Of a DNA stretch of 64,000 bases, positions 47,903 through 57,934 are shown in pieces (the first letter of the stretch is position 1; every line of letters starts with the position of its first letter). Under the pieces are notes generated by a model. It did not search any database, was not told the origin of the DNA, and was given only the letters and a program-made list of their open reading frames with translations. The position numbers were made by a program, and so were the translations under genes. This stretch comes from Alphaproteobacteria bacterium (GTDB lineage Bacteria > Pseudomonadota > Alphaproteobacteria > Rickettsiales > UBA998): assembly GCA_043765375.1 (NCBI GenBank), contig JAYUJH010000016.1, forward strand, positions 27,846 through 91,845, given 5' to 3'.

Positions 47903-48331
47903 AAAGCAAGACATCAAAGATTGTTGTTTTTCACTATCATGCTCGCAATTAGTGGCAGTGCGTTGGCCGTTTTTTTGAACCGTATTGAGGATAATATCAT
48001 TTATTTTTATTCTCCAACTGACATTATCACAACCCCGCCTCCATCAATTAAGTTTATTCGGGCGGGTGGATTGGTGGTTGAAGGGAGTGTAAAAATTGTG
48101 GAAGAAAACGCAGAGTTCATCATCACAGATGGGGCGCAACAAATCACAGTGAAATATGTGGGAGCATTGCCAAGCCTGTTTCGTGCGGGACAGGGAATAA
48201 TCGCTGAAGGATTTTTTAAGGAAGGGGTGATGAAGGCGGATAAGATTCTAGCTAAGCATGATGAAAAATATATGCCACCAGAGATTGCAAAATCATTGAA
48301 GAAAACTAATCACTGGCGGGAGATGAAGTGA
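47900..48331 (+). CDS. ccmE: Cytochrome c-type biogenesis heme chaperone CcmE
   Basis: An N-terminal TM anchor is present, along with the heme-binding histidine context LAKHDEKYMPPE. Confidence 0.9.
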   Translation: MKARHQRLLFFTIMLAISGSALAVFLNRIEDNIIYFYSPTDIITTPPPSIKFIRAGGLVVEGSVKIVEENAEFIITDGAQQITVKYVGALPSLFRAGQGIIAEGFFKEGVMKADKILAKHDEKYMPPEIAKSLKKTNHWREMK

Positions 48332-50529
48332 TGTCCCTGCCCTCTGCCTTAAATGCGTATATTTCAGCTATGTTAGCACCATTTGGCACAACTATGTTAG
48401 AATTAGTGATTTTAGCATCATTTGCGCAGTTTGCGTTGATGTTTTTTCGCAAAACCGCCTATCAAAAATTGGGGCAAAAATTGGGGCAAAAATGGGAGCA
48501 AACATCACTTCAACCATCACTCGCATTATGCAACGCAACATTGCTGATGATTGCTTTTATTGCCCTGATTTATGGTTTTGCAACTTCCAATTTTGGCTTG
48601 GAGTTGGTGGTGCTGCATTCGCACACGCAAAAACCGATGCTCTATAAAATCACCGCAACTTGGGGCAATCATGAAGGTTCAATGCTGCTATGGTGCTTGA
48701 TTTTATCATTATATAGTGCATATATGTCGCTTAGATTGCGAGAGTTTCGTCCTGTAGCATTGGCAATTATGGGTTTAATGCAAATATTATTTGTTGGTTA
48801 TTTGCGCATATTTTCCAACCCTTTTGCCGAAATGATTTCCGCCGTCACTGAGGGGCAGGGCTTCAACCCGTTATTGCAAGATTTTGGGCTTGCCATTCAC
48901 CCCCCTATTTTATATGCGGGATATGTTGGGTTTGCTGCATCTTTTGCGCTAGCGATTGCGATTTTGTTGCATAAAAATAGTGATACTCAGGCAAAAACTA
49001 TTCAAGCGAAACCAGTTAATTTTGGTAATATTTTGCACCCTTATATCATGTTTCCATGGGCGATGCTCACCGCAGGAATTGCCATGGGGAGCTGGTGGGC
49101 TTATCGTGAATTAGGCTGGGGCGGGTGGTGGTTTTGGGATCCTGTAGAAAATGTTGCTTTGCTGCCATGGTTATGCGCCACCGCTTTGTTTCATGCTAAT
49201 CTGATTTTGCGAAAAACTGGAAATATGCCCCGTTATGTGCTGCTGCTTGCCATCACCTGCTTTGCTTTGAGTGTTATTGGCACATTTTTAGTGCGCTCTG
49301 GCTTGCTTAATTCGGTGCATAGCTTTGCGAGTGACCCAACGAGGGGAGTTGCTATTTGCGCCATCATGATGGTGATAACCACGCTAGGAATTGGGGCTTA
49401 TTTGCGTGGAGCGGGACGATTTGCACCCGCTAAACCGTGCAAATTATTCTCCAAGGAAACGTTAATATTAGCGAATAATTTGTTGTTGCTGCTCACTACT
49501 GCTATGATTTTTCTAGCAACTTTTTATCCATTCATCATTGAGGCGATTAGCGACAAGCGCATCACGATTGGAGCAGAATATTTTAGCCAAATATTTGCGG
49601 CGTTGATGTTGCCAATGATTGCTGGCTGCGCTCTTAGCAATTATCTAGCATGGAGCGATGCAAATGATTTACAAAATATTAATTATGATGGTGAAATTAC
49701 GCATAATAAAACAAAGCATAGCAACATAACGAAACGCAAAAAACAATTATTCATCACATTAATTGAGTCCACCATAATCACTTCCATCGCCTGCTATTTT
49801 CTCGGGAACTTAAGCCTAGGGAACTTAAGTATCATGCTAGTACTTGGAGTTTTTTGCGGAATATGGCTAATGCTTGCCACGCTGAAAACCACGATTGCGA
49901 GGGCTTATAATCGCACAATAAATATACGACAAATACCCATGTTGCTTGGGCATTTAGGTTTGGGGTTATTTGTGTTAAGCGTAACATTATTTGGAGCTTA
50001 TCATCAATCTGCTGAGTTTGTGATGCAAAAAAATGATGTGCGAACGGCATTTGGTGATTATCAAGTTAGCTTGAATAATGTAGAATTTGGCGAAGGTGAG
50101 AATTATGTTTGGCAGCAAGGTGATGTCCGTATTTTACATGATAATCACGAATTGCAACTAACTCCCGAGGAGCGTTATTATGCAGTTGAGGAGCAATTCA
50201 CCACGGAAGCAGCGATTAAGCATTTTGCAACATATGATTTATATGTTACAATGCGAAGGATTAACGATAATGTTAGCGTTAATGGTGATAGTAATGGTAA
50301 TCGTAATAATAATGATGCAAAAAATGCAACTAACACAGAACTGCCGCAACAAAAATATATGATTTATATATATTTTAACCCCGCAATGATATTTTTGTGG
50401 TTAAGTGTTGCAATGATGGTTATTGCTGGAGTTATTGCCAGTTATAATGTAAGAAACAAGCCTTGTAATCCAAAAAATTACAACCCAAAAACTCGCAATT
50501 CAAAAACTTACATGCAAATAGAGAAATAA
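48328..50529 (+). CDS. ccmF: Cytochrome c heme lyase subunit CcmF
   Basis: It is a multi-TM protein with the WGGWWFWDPVEN tryptophan-rich motif. The length is 733 aa and includes low-complexity inserts. The start overlaps the ccmE stop by 4 nt. Confidence 0.9.
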   Translation: MMSLPSALNAYISAMLAPFGTTMLELVILASFAQFALMFFRKTAYQKLGQKLGQKWEQTSLQPSLALCNATLLMIAFIALIYGFATSNFGLELVVLHSHTQKPMLYKITATWGNHEGSMLLWCLILSLYSAYMSLRLREFRPVALAIMGLMQILFVGYLRIFSNPFAEMISAVTEGQGFNPLLQDFGLAIHPPILYAGYVGFAASFALAIAILLHKNSDTQAKTIQAKPVNFGNILHPYIMFPWAMLTAGIAMGSWWAYRELGWGGWWFWDPVENVALLPWLCATALFHANLILRKTGNMPRYVLLLAITCFALSVIGTFLVRSGLLNSVHSFASDPTRGVAICAIMMVITTLGIGAYLRGAGRFAPAKPCKLFSKETLILANNLLLLLTTAMIFLATFYPFIIEAISDKRITIGAEYFSQIFAALMLPMIAGCALSNYLAWSDANDLQNINYDGEITHNKTKHSNITKRKKQLFITLIESTIITSIACYFLGNLSLGNLSIMLVLGVFCGIWLMLATLKTTIARAYNRTINIRQIPMLLGHLGLGLFVLSVTLFGAYHQSAEFVMQKNDVRTAFGDYQVSLNNVEFGEGENYVWQQGDVRILHDNHELQLTPEERYYAVEEQFTTEAAIKHFATYDLYVTMRRINDNVSVNGDSNGNRNNNDAKNATNTELPQQKYMIYIYFNPAMIFLWLSVAMMVIAGVIASYNVRNKPCNPKNYNPKTRNSKTYMQIEK

Positions 50530-50537
50530 AAAATATC

Positions 50538-51131
50538 ATGCTCCAATTTAATAGCCCCGTTCAATTCCCGGCCAACTGGCAGCGAACTTCAAGCCCAACG
50601 ATTAATCGCTTATTTGCGCAAAATATTGATCTTGCACAAGCGATATTATATCTTGAAGATGAGTTGAAAACCATCAATGCTGATACCGCAATATTATTTA
50701 GCAATTACGATAATATGAGCAATGATGCAAAACGTAGCAAGCGAGGGCATTCTGAGGGAGTTGGTTTGCGCTTTAACTTTAATGATGCAACAATTTTCAT
50801 GGGTTGTGATAAATGGGCAGCCTGCCCGCAAAATATATACGCGCTTTCAAATAGTTTGCGTAATATTCGTTTGATTGGCGATGCAGGAACAATCAGCCTG
50901 ACGCAATTGTTGAATTGTTGCAATATCAAGGAAAAACGTCGCTCTAATGTTGTATCTCCATCTACTGACCCTGCCGATTGGCTGTTGGTGCTTGGGCTTG
51001 GAAGCACCGCTACATTAAGTGATGCTAATGCGGTTTATCGCGCCCGAGTCAAACTGGTTCATGGTGATGAAGATGCTTTTATTGAGCTTAATCAAGCGAT
51101 TGAACAAGCACGTTTGCATTTGAAAGATTGA
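50538..51131 (+). CDS. Hypothetical protein with a degenerate J-domain-like C-terminus, inserted between ccmF and ccmG
   Basis: The C-terminal WLLVLGLGSTATLSDANAVYRARVKLVHGDEDAFIELNQAIEQAR segment resembles a J-domain helix I-III layout, with HGD where HPD is expected. Confidence 0.4.
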   Translation: MLQFNSPVQFPANWQRTSSPTINRLFAQNIDLAQAILYLEDELKTINADTAILFSNYDNMSNDAKRSKRGHSEGVGLRFNFNDATIFMGCDKWAACPQNIYALSNSLRNIRLIGDAGTISLTQLLNCCNIKEKRRSNVVSPSTDPADWLLVLGLGSTATLSDANAVYRARVKLVHGDEDAFIELNQAIEQARLHLKD

Positions 51132-51163
51132 TGTTTAGGGCGTAACATTTAAGGAATAATATT

Positions 51164-51745
51164 TTGAGCAAGAAACCAATAAAAATTATATTAATATGCT
51201 TTTGGGTAATTGTGCTGATTTTCATGGTGAATGTGGGTGTTGGACGCTTCACAACTATATCAGGCGAAAACTTAATTGGCAAAAAATCATATCCAATTAT
51301 GACTAACCCAGTTGAAGGATTTACGCCGTTTCCTAAGGATTTTTCGCAAGCGAAGCATGATATGTTTTTGCTGAACTTTTTTGCAACTTGGTGCGCGCCA
51401 TGCCAAAAAGAACACCCTAATTTAATAAAATTATCAAAGGATTATGAGGTTCACATTATGGGGGTGGTAACTCGTGATTCCCCTAAGCGAATTACTGATT
51501 ATTTGCGTGAAAACGGCAATCCTTATGATTATTTAGGGGTGGATAAAATGGATATAACTGCGGTTAATTATCAAGTAAAAGGCATTCCAGAATCTTATTT
51601 GGTTGCTAGAGATGGTAAAGTTATTGCGTTTTATTCGGGATTTTTAAGTGAGCAAGTTTTGGCGGAGAAGTTTATTCCACATCTGAAAACACGTTTGAAA
51701 TTGCGTAAAAAAATCGCTCCAGAACCAACTCCGCCCGCTGAATGA
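51164..51745 (+). CDS. ccmG: Thiol:disulfide interchange protein CcmG/DsbE
   Basis: An N-terminal TM anchor, the thioredoxin motif WCAPCQ and the segment GIPESYLV are present. Confidence 0.8.
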   Translation: MSKKPIKIILICFWVIVLIFMVNVGVGRFTTISGENLIGKKSYPIMTNPVEGFTPFPKDFSQAKHDMFLLNFFATWCAPCQKEHPNLIKLSKDYEVHIMGVVTRDSPKRITDYLRENGNPYDYLGVDKMDITAVNYQVKGIPESYLVARDGKVIAFYSGFLSEQVLAEKFIPHLKTRLKLRKKIAPEPTPPAE

Positions 51746-52065
51746 TAAATTGTGATAGCACCACAGAGTTTTACGGCGTTTCAAATGCGGTGGCGCAAAA
51801 ATTGCATTGCGTTGTGTGTGCGGGGCAGAATATCGCTTCATCAGATGCAGCATTTGCACAAAATGTGCGAGCGGATATTTGTCAATATGCCCATGAAGGA
51901 TTAAATGAAACAGAAATTACCACAAAAATCGTTGCAGATTATGGCGAGAACATTAACCCAACTAACATGCAAAGTTTTGATATGTTGGGTTTGAATATCG
52001 CATTATTAGCATTGATGATTTTTGGTTTGGTCATCATCAAGCGCATCACCAATAACGGCAAATAA
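51742..52065 (+). CDS. ccmH: Cytochrome c-type biogenesis protein CcmH (CycL)
   Basis: The segment LHCVVCAGQNIASSDAAFAQNVRADI (CxxC motif) and a C-terminal TM helix are present. The start overlaps the ccmG stop. Confidence 0.7.
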   Translation: MINCDSTTEFYGVSNAVAQKLHCVVCAGQNIASSDAAFAQNVRADICQYAHEGLNETEITTKIVADYGENINPTNMQSFDMLGLNIALLALMIFGLVIIKRITNNGK

Positions 52066-52074
52066 TAATCGCAA

Positions 52075-52620
52075 TTATTCTATTAATTTCAAATTGCGCA
52101 ACAAATCATAATCCGCATTGTCGGTGGTGATTTTGAGCGCACCATTTTCATCTTGACGATGCGGAAGTAGTGGCTTGACACTAAACGGCTTGAATTGTGA
52201 ATCAATATATGCACCATCTTCAATTGATAGGTTCGTATGTATAATCGTCCCTTCCACATGTGCGCTTGCATAAATACAAACTTTGGGAGAGCGAATCACC
52301 CCATGCACCGAGCCGTAAATATGCACCTCGCCCCCCGCCATAATATCACCCGTTATTTGCCCATTAGGACGCACATAAATAATTTCCGATTTAACATTTC
52401 CATCAATTCTTCCATCAATATCCAGCACTCCATCTGACATGATATTGCCTAAAATGCACATATCACCCGAAATTATGCTTGGTATAATTTTGCGAGCATT
52501 AATCGTTGCATCACTTTTGAAGATATTATCATCTTTGTTGTTTTGAGTTTTATTATTTGAGGCCTTGTTATTTGAAGCCTTGTTATTTGAAGCCTTGTTA
52601 TTTGAAGATTTTTGAAACAT
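52075..52620 (-). CDS. Bactofilin family cytoskeletal protein
   Basis: It has a beta-helical repeat pattern (SGDMCILGNIMSDGVLDIDGRIDGNV...GDIMAGGEVHIYGSVHGVI). An N-terminal (ASNNK)x4 repeat is present. Confidence 0.8.
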   Translation of the reverse strand: MFQKSSNNKASNNKASNNKASNNKTQNNKDDNIFKSDATINARKIIPSIISGDMCILGNIMSDGVLDIDGRIDGNVKSEIIYVRPNGQITGDIMAGGEVHIYGSVHGVIRSPKVCIYASAHVEGTIIHTNLSIEDGAYIDSQFKPFSVKPLLPHRQDENGALKITTDNADYDLLRNLKLIE

Positions 52621-53818
52621 AATTACCTGCCGTTAAAAACTTATCTGGATTAATTGGAATATTATGATGACGAACTTCATAATGCAAATGATGCCCCGTT
52701 GAACGCCCCGTTGTGCCTTGCAACCCTATCACATCACCCGCTTGAATCTTCTGCCCAACTGCAACATTAATTTTGCTCAAATGGCTATAACGGCTAGCGA
52801 TTGAATTACCATGGTCAATCTCAATCGTTTTGCCATATGCCCCGATATGCCCCGCCAAACGCACTCGCCCCGCTGCGGTTGCCTTGATTTTCGCTCCAAT
52901 TGGTGCGGAAAAATCTATACCAGTATGGTTGGCAAGTGTGCGCCTGAATGGATCAATTCGTCCGCCAAATCCGCTAGTTCGCTTGGCACGATCCACAGGA
53001 ATGCGAGTTGGCAACTCATCAATCAAGCCAACTAATTCGTTCAAATATATTACTTCATTTAATGTTTGTTGCTCAGTTAATTTTGCATTAGATATATCAT
53101 CATTGGATAAACTATTATTTAGCGGTTGATAAGCCCCACCTTGCCCTTGATTGCCCTGCCCTGCATTATTATTGCCCGCATTATTACCATCTTTTGCTAG
53201 CATTTTTTGCATACGATAATCCAATATGCGTGACATTTTATCATTCATACCCGTGATTCCCAATGCTTTATGCAATGCCCGAGCCTTGGATTTTGTTAGC
53301 AAATAAACCTCATTCATAAACTCAGTTCGCTGCAACTCTGATTGTTGCAACTGAGTTTCCAAAAAATTAACTCGCTCCAATAATGGGTTGCTCTGCCCTG
53401 CCACCGCATTATCCGCTATATTCACATTTTGATATTGCTCCAGCACAAATTGAGCGTAATCACTCATATTACCATCAGTTGCACCATCTTCACCCATTTT
53501 AATTAAATCACGTTTAAGCAACACAAAATCATTATGGATTTTTTCATTTTCCGCTTCAGCATTTTCAATCACATGTTCTTGCTGCGCAATTTCGTCTGAT
53601 GCTTGAATATATCGTCCAATGGAATATGAAATTAGTGCAACCGTGCCAAGCAATGCAAATGCAATCCCACATTGTTGACGAATTGAGATTGCATAATGTC
53701 CAACCGCATGTTCGGAGATAACAACAATATTTTTAGCGTTAAATAAACGCTTTAATCTTTTGGCAAACCCAGCAAATATTGATGGTTTTGCACTTTTATT
53801 ATGTTTTATTTTCGCCAT
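52598..53818 (-). CDS. M23 family metallopeptidase with an N-terminal TM anchor and coiled coil (LmdC/EnvC-like layout)
   Basis: The motifs HTGIDFSAPIGAKIKATAAGRV and GHHLHYEV are present. The 3' end overlaps the bactofilin start by 23 nt. Confidence 0.85.
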   Translation of the reverse strand: MAKIKHNKSAKPSIFAGFAKRLKRLFNAKNIVVISEHAVGHYAISIRQQCGIAFALLGTVALISYSIGRYIQASDEIAQQEHVIENAEAENEKIHNDFVLLKRDLIKMGEDGATDGNMSDYAQFVLEQYQNVNIADNAVAGQSNPLLERVNFLETQLQQSELQRTEFMNEVYLLTKSKARALHKALGITGMNDKMSRILDYRMQKMLAKDGNNAGNNNAGQGNQGQGGAYQPLNNSLSNDDISNAKLTEQQTLNEVIYLNELVGLIDELPTRIPVDRAKRTSGFGGRIDPFRRTLANHTGIDFSAPIGAKIKATAAGRVRLAGHIGAYGKTIEIDHGNSIASRYSHLSKINVAVGQKIQAGDVIGLQGTTGRSTGHHLHYEVRHHNIPINPDKFLTAGNYVSKIFK

Positions 53819-53956
53819 AATTAACTTGAAAAATCATTCCATATAGGTTGAAAACATACATGGTTTTACTCAATTTGGTTTATCATAGCAAGCCTTTTAA
53901 TTCTCACTATAATTATCAACATAATTCTCACCCGAAATTATGCACCAATCACTTGG

Positions 53957-54859
53957 CTATGAAATAACAGGGCGAACCCCTATTAAATGGCAGATTGCCT
54001 TGGTTAAATTAGCCCGATTAAGCGTATAAAAATGGAACTCGTCAACCCCTTCCAAGCGCAACCTCCTGCATAATGAAGCGGTGACATAAGCCGCTGTTTG
54101 TTGATATAAATTATCATCACCCTCAATATTTGCAAATAACTGATTTAGCCAGTTTGGCACTTCCGCCCCGCACATTTTGGCAAAACGTTGCAATTGCGAA
54201 ATGTTATTCACAGGTAAAATCCCCGGAACTATTGGCGCATTAATTCCAACCTGCCTTGCTCGCTCCACAAAGCGCAAATATGTATCAGCCTCAAAGAAAA
54301 ATTGCGTAATAGCTCTGGTTGCGCCCGCTTCAATTTTATCTTTGAGATAATATATATCACTCTCTAATGAGCTTGCTTGTGGGTGTCCTTCAGGATAGGC
54401 GGCAACACTTATTTCAAAATCATGCAACTCGCACAATCCTGCGACTAAATCCACCCCATAAGCATAACCATCTGGGTGCGGCAAATATGGCACATTATCA
54501 GGGCAATCACCACGCAATGCAACAATATGACGCACGCCCGAGTTCCAATAATCATCAGCAACTGCATTAATTTCAAAACGTGATGCACCAACGCATGTGA
54601 GATGCGCTGCGGGGTTCATTCCGGTTTCATTTAATATGCGTTTAATGGTGCTATGCGTGCGCTCCCGAGTGCTGCCTCCCGCTCCATAAGTCACAGAAAC
54701 AAATGATGGATTAAGGGGGGCAAGCTCATTAACTGATTGCCATAGTGACTTTTCTGCAACATCATCTTTGGGTGGGAAAAACTCAAACGAAATCGCTTTT
54801 GGCGGGGTTACATAAAACTCATATAGCTTTTGTTGCAATGTTTCTTGAAAAACTGTCAT
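53957..54859 (-). CDS. metF: Methylenetetrahydrofolate reductase
   Basis: The motifs SFEFFPPK, VTYGAGGSTR, LTCVG and ALRGD are present. Confidence 0.9.
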   Translation of the reverse strand: MTVFQETLQQKLYEFYVTPPKAISFEFFPPKDDVAEKSLWQSVNELAPLNPSFVSVTYGAGGSTRERTHSTIKRILNETGMNPAAHLTCVGASRFEINAVADDYWNSGVRHIVALRGDCPDNVPYLPHPDGYAYGVDLVAGLCELHDFEISVAAYPEGHPQASSLESDIYYLKDKIEAGATRAITQFFFEADTYLRFVERARQVGINAPIVPGILPVNNISQLQRFAKMCGAEVPNWLNQLFANIEGDDNLYQQTAAYVTASLCRRLRLEGVDEFHFYTLNRANLTKAICHLIGVRPVIS

Positions 54860-54957
54860 TATTAAGTTTCGCCTTCATGATTAAATTATGTATTTTTAAC
54901 CAAATTAATGTTTAATTAAAGCATATATAGTTAAGTTTTAGCTATTCATGTGCAATT

Positions 54958-55779
54958 TTGTGTTGTATGGAATGTAAAATTATATATTATTATTTTTTTG
55001 TTGTGGTAAAAATGTTTATATCTCGTAAAATATTGTCATTATTTTTAAGCATATGGTTGGTTGCGATGCCTGCCATGGTTACTGCACAAAACATTACGGC
55101 ACAAAATATCAATACGCAAATCACAATGGCGCAAAATGAAGCTGAGCAAGAGATTTCTGACCCGTCGGAAGTTTTTGACCCGTTGGAATCAGTTAATCGT
55201 GTGACGCATGATTTTAATGAGTTTCTAGATGTGTGGGTGTTGCAACCGAAAATTAGATTTTACAAATGGGCAGTTCCCGTTGAAGCCCGTCAAAAAGTTT
55301 CCAACGTGTTTCGCAATCTCCGTATGCCAATAATATTTTTTAATTCAGTGCTGCAAGCTGACCCTGAAAACGCATTTTCTGCATTATGGACGTTTTTGTT
55401 GAACTCAACCCTTGGAATTGGTGGAATATTTGATTTTGCAGGAACGGCGACTGACCTAGTGGTGCGAACTGAAGATTTTGGGCAAACCTTGGGTTATTGG
55501 GGATTTGGTGAAGGCTTTTATGTGGTATTGCCAATTTTAGGCCCTTCAAATCTGCGTGATATGTTTGGCTTGAGTGCTGATTTTTACGCTGATCCATATA
55601 ATATATTAAGTTCTAGGGAAGCAATTATTGTTCGGATGGTGTTGGAAGGGTTAGATAAACGCTACCTCGCCGATGATGCAATTAATGATGTGTATGCTAC
55701 GTCGTTGGATACATATAGCACATTCCGCAGCGCACATACGCAATATCGCCGAAACTTAATTCAAAATAACGCAAAATAA
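54958..55779 (+). CDS. mlaA: MlaA/VacJ family outer-membrane lipoprotein
   Basis: The segments DPLESVNRVTHDFNEFLD and NVFRNLRMPIIFFNSVLQ are present. The likely true start is the internal Met (MFISRKIL...), about 54 nt downstream. Confidence 0.85.
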   Translation: MCCMECKIIYYYFFVVVKMFISRKILSLFLSIWLVAMPAMVTAQNITAQNINTQITMAQNEAEQEISDPSEVFDPLESVNRVTHDFNEFLDVWVLQPKIRFYKWAVPVEARQKVSNVFRNLRMPIIFFNSVLQADPENAFSALWTFLLNSTLGIGGIFDFAGTATDLVVRTEDFGQTLGYWGFGEGFYVVLPILGPSNLRDMFGLSADFYADPYNILSSREAIIVRMVLEGLDKRYLADDAINDVYATSLDTYSTFRSAHTQYRRNLIQNNAK

Positions 55780-55809
55780 TCATTATAACCAAAAGTTTGA
55801 GAAAATCAC

Positions 55810-56400
55810 ATGCGCAAAATATCCAGTTTTATATGTTTGTTAATAATGCTGAGCTTCAATTCAGCAATCGCCGCAACACCTGAAAATATGTTTGTCACCA
55901 AAGTGGCAGATGAAGTGATGCAGGCTATCAAAAAAGGGGGTGGAGAAGTGGCAATTTCAAGCGGATTGCAAAAAACTTTCGCCAATTATGTTGATTTGCC
56001 GTGGATATCAAACTTTGTGCTGGGTAGGCATGCAAGGGCAGCTACTCCAGCGCAAAAGCAATTATTTATTGCGTCTTATAAAGATTTTATGATTAAAAGC
56101 TATGCTTCCCGCCTTAAAAATTATTCGGGCGAAACTTATAAAATCACCAATCAACAAGCTATTTCTACGGATAAATCACAATTGCGTATGGAAGTTCAAC
56201 GTAAAAACGCCGCCCCAATTTTGATTGATTATAAGATTCACAAAGTGGGTTCTGATTTCAAGATTTATGATATGGCAGTGGAAGGAATTAGCTTGATAAC
56301 TACGCAACGAGCGGAATTTGATGCAGTGATTGAGCGCAAAGGGCTTGATGAGTTGATAGCTGCCTTGCAAAAATCCAATTCCCAAAAAGCCAAGTTTTGA
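55810..56400 (+). CDS. mlaC: Phospholipid-binding protein MlaC (Ttg2D family)
   Basis: A signal peptide is present. The segment D.PWISNFVLGRHARAATPAQKQLFIASYKDFMIKSYASRL matches the family. It sits next to mlaA. Confidence 0.7.
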   Translation: MRKISSFICLLIMLSFNSAIAATPENMFVTKVADEVMQAIKKGGGEVAISSGLQKTFANYVDLPWISNFVLGRHARAATPAQKQLFIASYKDFMIKSYASRLKNYSGETYKITNQQAISTDKSQLRMEVQRKNAAPILIDYKIHKVGSDFKIYDMAVEGISLITTQRAEFDAVIERKGLDELIAALQKSNSQKAKF

Positions 56401-56439
56401 AAAATAAAATCTTAAAAATAAATTATAATAGGTGATAAT

Positions 56440-57000
56440 ATGAAGATTGATGGCGTTTCAATACGGGTTGGCAATGTTTTAGAGCATAAAAAACAATTAT
56501 GGGTTGTAACCAAAACTCAACATGTTAAACCAGGAAAAGGCGGTGCATTCAACCAAGTTGAAATGAAAGATATTCGCCATGGAACTAAATTAAATGAGCG
56601 ATTTCGTTCAGATGAATCAGTGGAACGTGTGCGCCTTGACCAAGTGGATTATCAGTTTCTTTATGAAGAGGGCGAAAATCTGATATTCATGAACCAAGCT
56701 GATTATGAACAAATATCACTACCAGCAGATTTGCTAGGAGATAGTTTGGCGTTTTTGGAGGGTAGCATGATGGTGACGTTAGAGCTTTATGAAAATGAGC
56801 CAATTAGCGTGACTTTGCCACAACATGTGACGCTAGAAATTAGCGAAACTGAGCCAGTGATTAAAGGGCAAACGGCTTCATCATCTTATAAACCCGCAAT
56901 ATTAAGCAATGGTGTGCGCATCACTGTTCCGCCATTTATTAGCGTTGGTGACAAAATTATAGTGGATACCGGCGAAGTTTGTTATGTTGAGCGGGCATAA
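56440..57000 (+). CDS. efp: Elongation factor P
   Basis: The motif [10 protein letters not shown] and the OB-domain layout are present. The length is 186 aa. Confidence 0.95.
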   Translation: MKIDGVSIRVGNVLEHKKQLWVVTKTQHVKPGKGGAFNQVEMKDIRHGTKLNERFRSDESVERVRLDQVDYQFLYEEGENLIFMNQADYEQISLPADLLGDSLAFLEGSMMVTLELYENEPISVTLPQHVTLEISETEPVIKGQTASSSYKPAILSNGVRITVPPFISVGDKIIVDTGEVCYVERA

Positions 57001-57006
57001 AAAATC

Positions 57007-57831
57007 ATGAATAATCAATATCAAATACGCTACCCTCTCAGCAGTTCCGCTTTAATCAACGTGATGATTGGTGCGGTGCAAAAAACTACAATGCACATCT
57101 TGCGAGATTTTGGTGAAGTCGGCAACTTGCAAATATCCAAAAAGGGAGCGATGGATTTTGTCACCGCCACTGACCGAAAAGTTGAAAAAATCCTCTATGA
57201 AAACTTGAAAAAAGCTCGTCCCGATATTGGCTTTATCATGGAAGAAGGGGGTGAAATTGCGGGCAGAAGTGAATATAGCTTTGTGATTGACCCTATAGAC
57301 GGTACCACCAATTTTTGTCACGCAATACCTTATTTTTGCGTTTCAGTTGGGGTGCAAAAAGTCACAGAATATGGCACAGAACTTGTTGCTGGTGTGATTT
57401 ATGACCCCATACATGATGAAGTTTTCATGGCGGAAGCGGGCAAAGGCGCATTTGTTAATCAACGGCGATTGGTAGTTTCTAAACGCAGCACAGATTTTTA
57501 TTTTGTCACAGGGACTTCACGCAAAAAAGGACAACATTCCCGCGAATGTTCAATCCTTGCTGATTATGCTGATGGAATTGATTCAGTTTTAAGGCGTGCT
57601 GGAGCTTCCGCACTTGACCTCGCTTATGTTGCTGCGGGCAGATATGACGCTGCATGGTTTCCCAAATTGCAAAAATGGGATATGGCAGCAGGGATCATCA
57701 TTGTGAGGGAAGCGGGCGGAATAATTTGCCTGCCAAGTGGCGAAGAAGGCTACCCCTATGATGAGCTTGCCATTTTTGCAGGCAGCCCCGACGCACACAG
57801 AACCATGATGAACCATGTTAAACAAAAATAA
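57007..57831 (+). CDS. suhB: Inositol monophosphatase family protein (SuhB-like)
   Basis: The motifs VIDPIDGTTNF and KWDMAAG are present. Confidence 0.85.
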   Translation: MNNQYQIRYPLSSSALINVMIGAVQKTTMHILRDFGEVGNLQISKKGAMDFVTATDRKVEKILYENLKKARPDIGFIMEEGGEIAGRSEYSFVIDPIDGTTNFCHAIPYFCVSVGVQKVTEYGTELVAGVIYDPIHDEVFMAEAGKGAFVNQRRLVVSKRSTDFYFVTGTSRKKGQHSRECSILADYADGIDSVLRRAGASALDLAYVAAGRYDAAWFPKLQKWDMAAGIIIVREAGGIICLPSGEEGYPYDELAIFAGSPDAHRTMMNHVKQK

Positions 57832-57934
57832 TGCAACCCATAATAAAACGAATAGAAATAACATTTGCAGTTTTGCAAATAACAGTTTATCAAAAATACA
57901 GACATTAATGTTAAGGCATAATTATATTTAGCGT

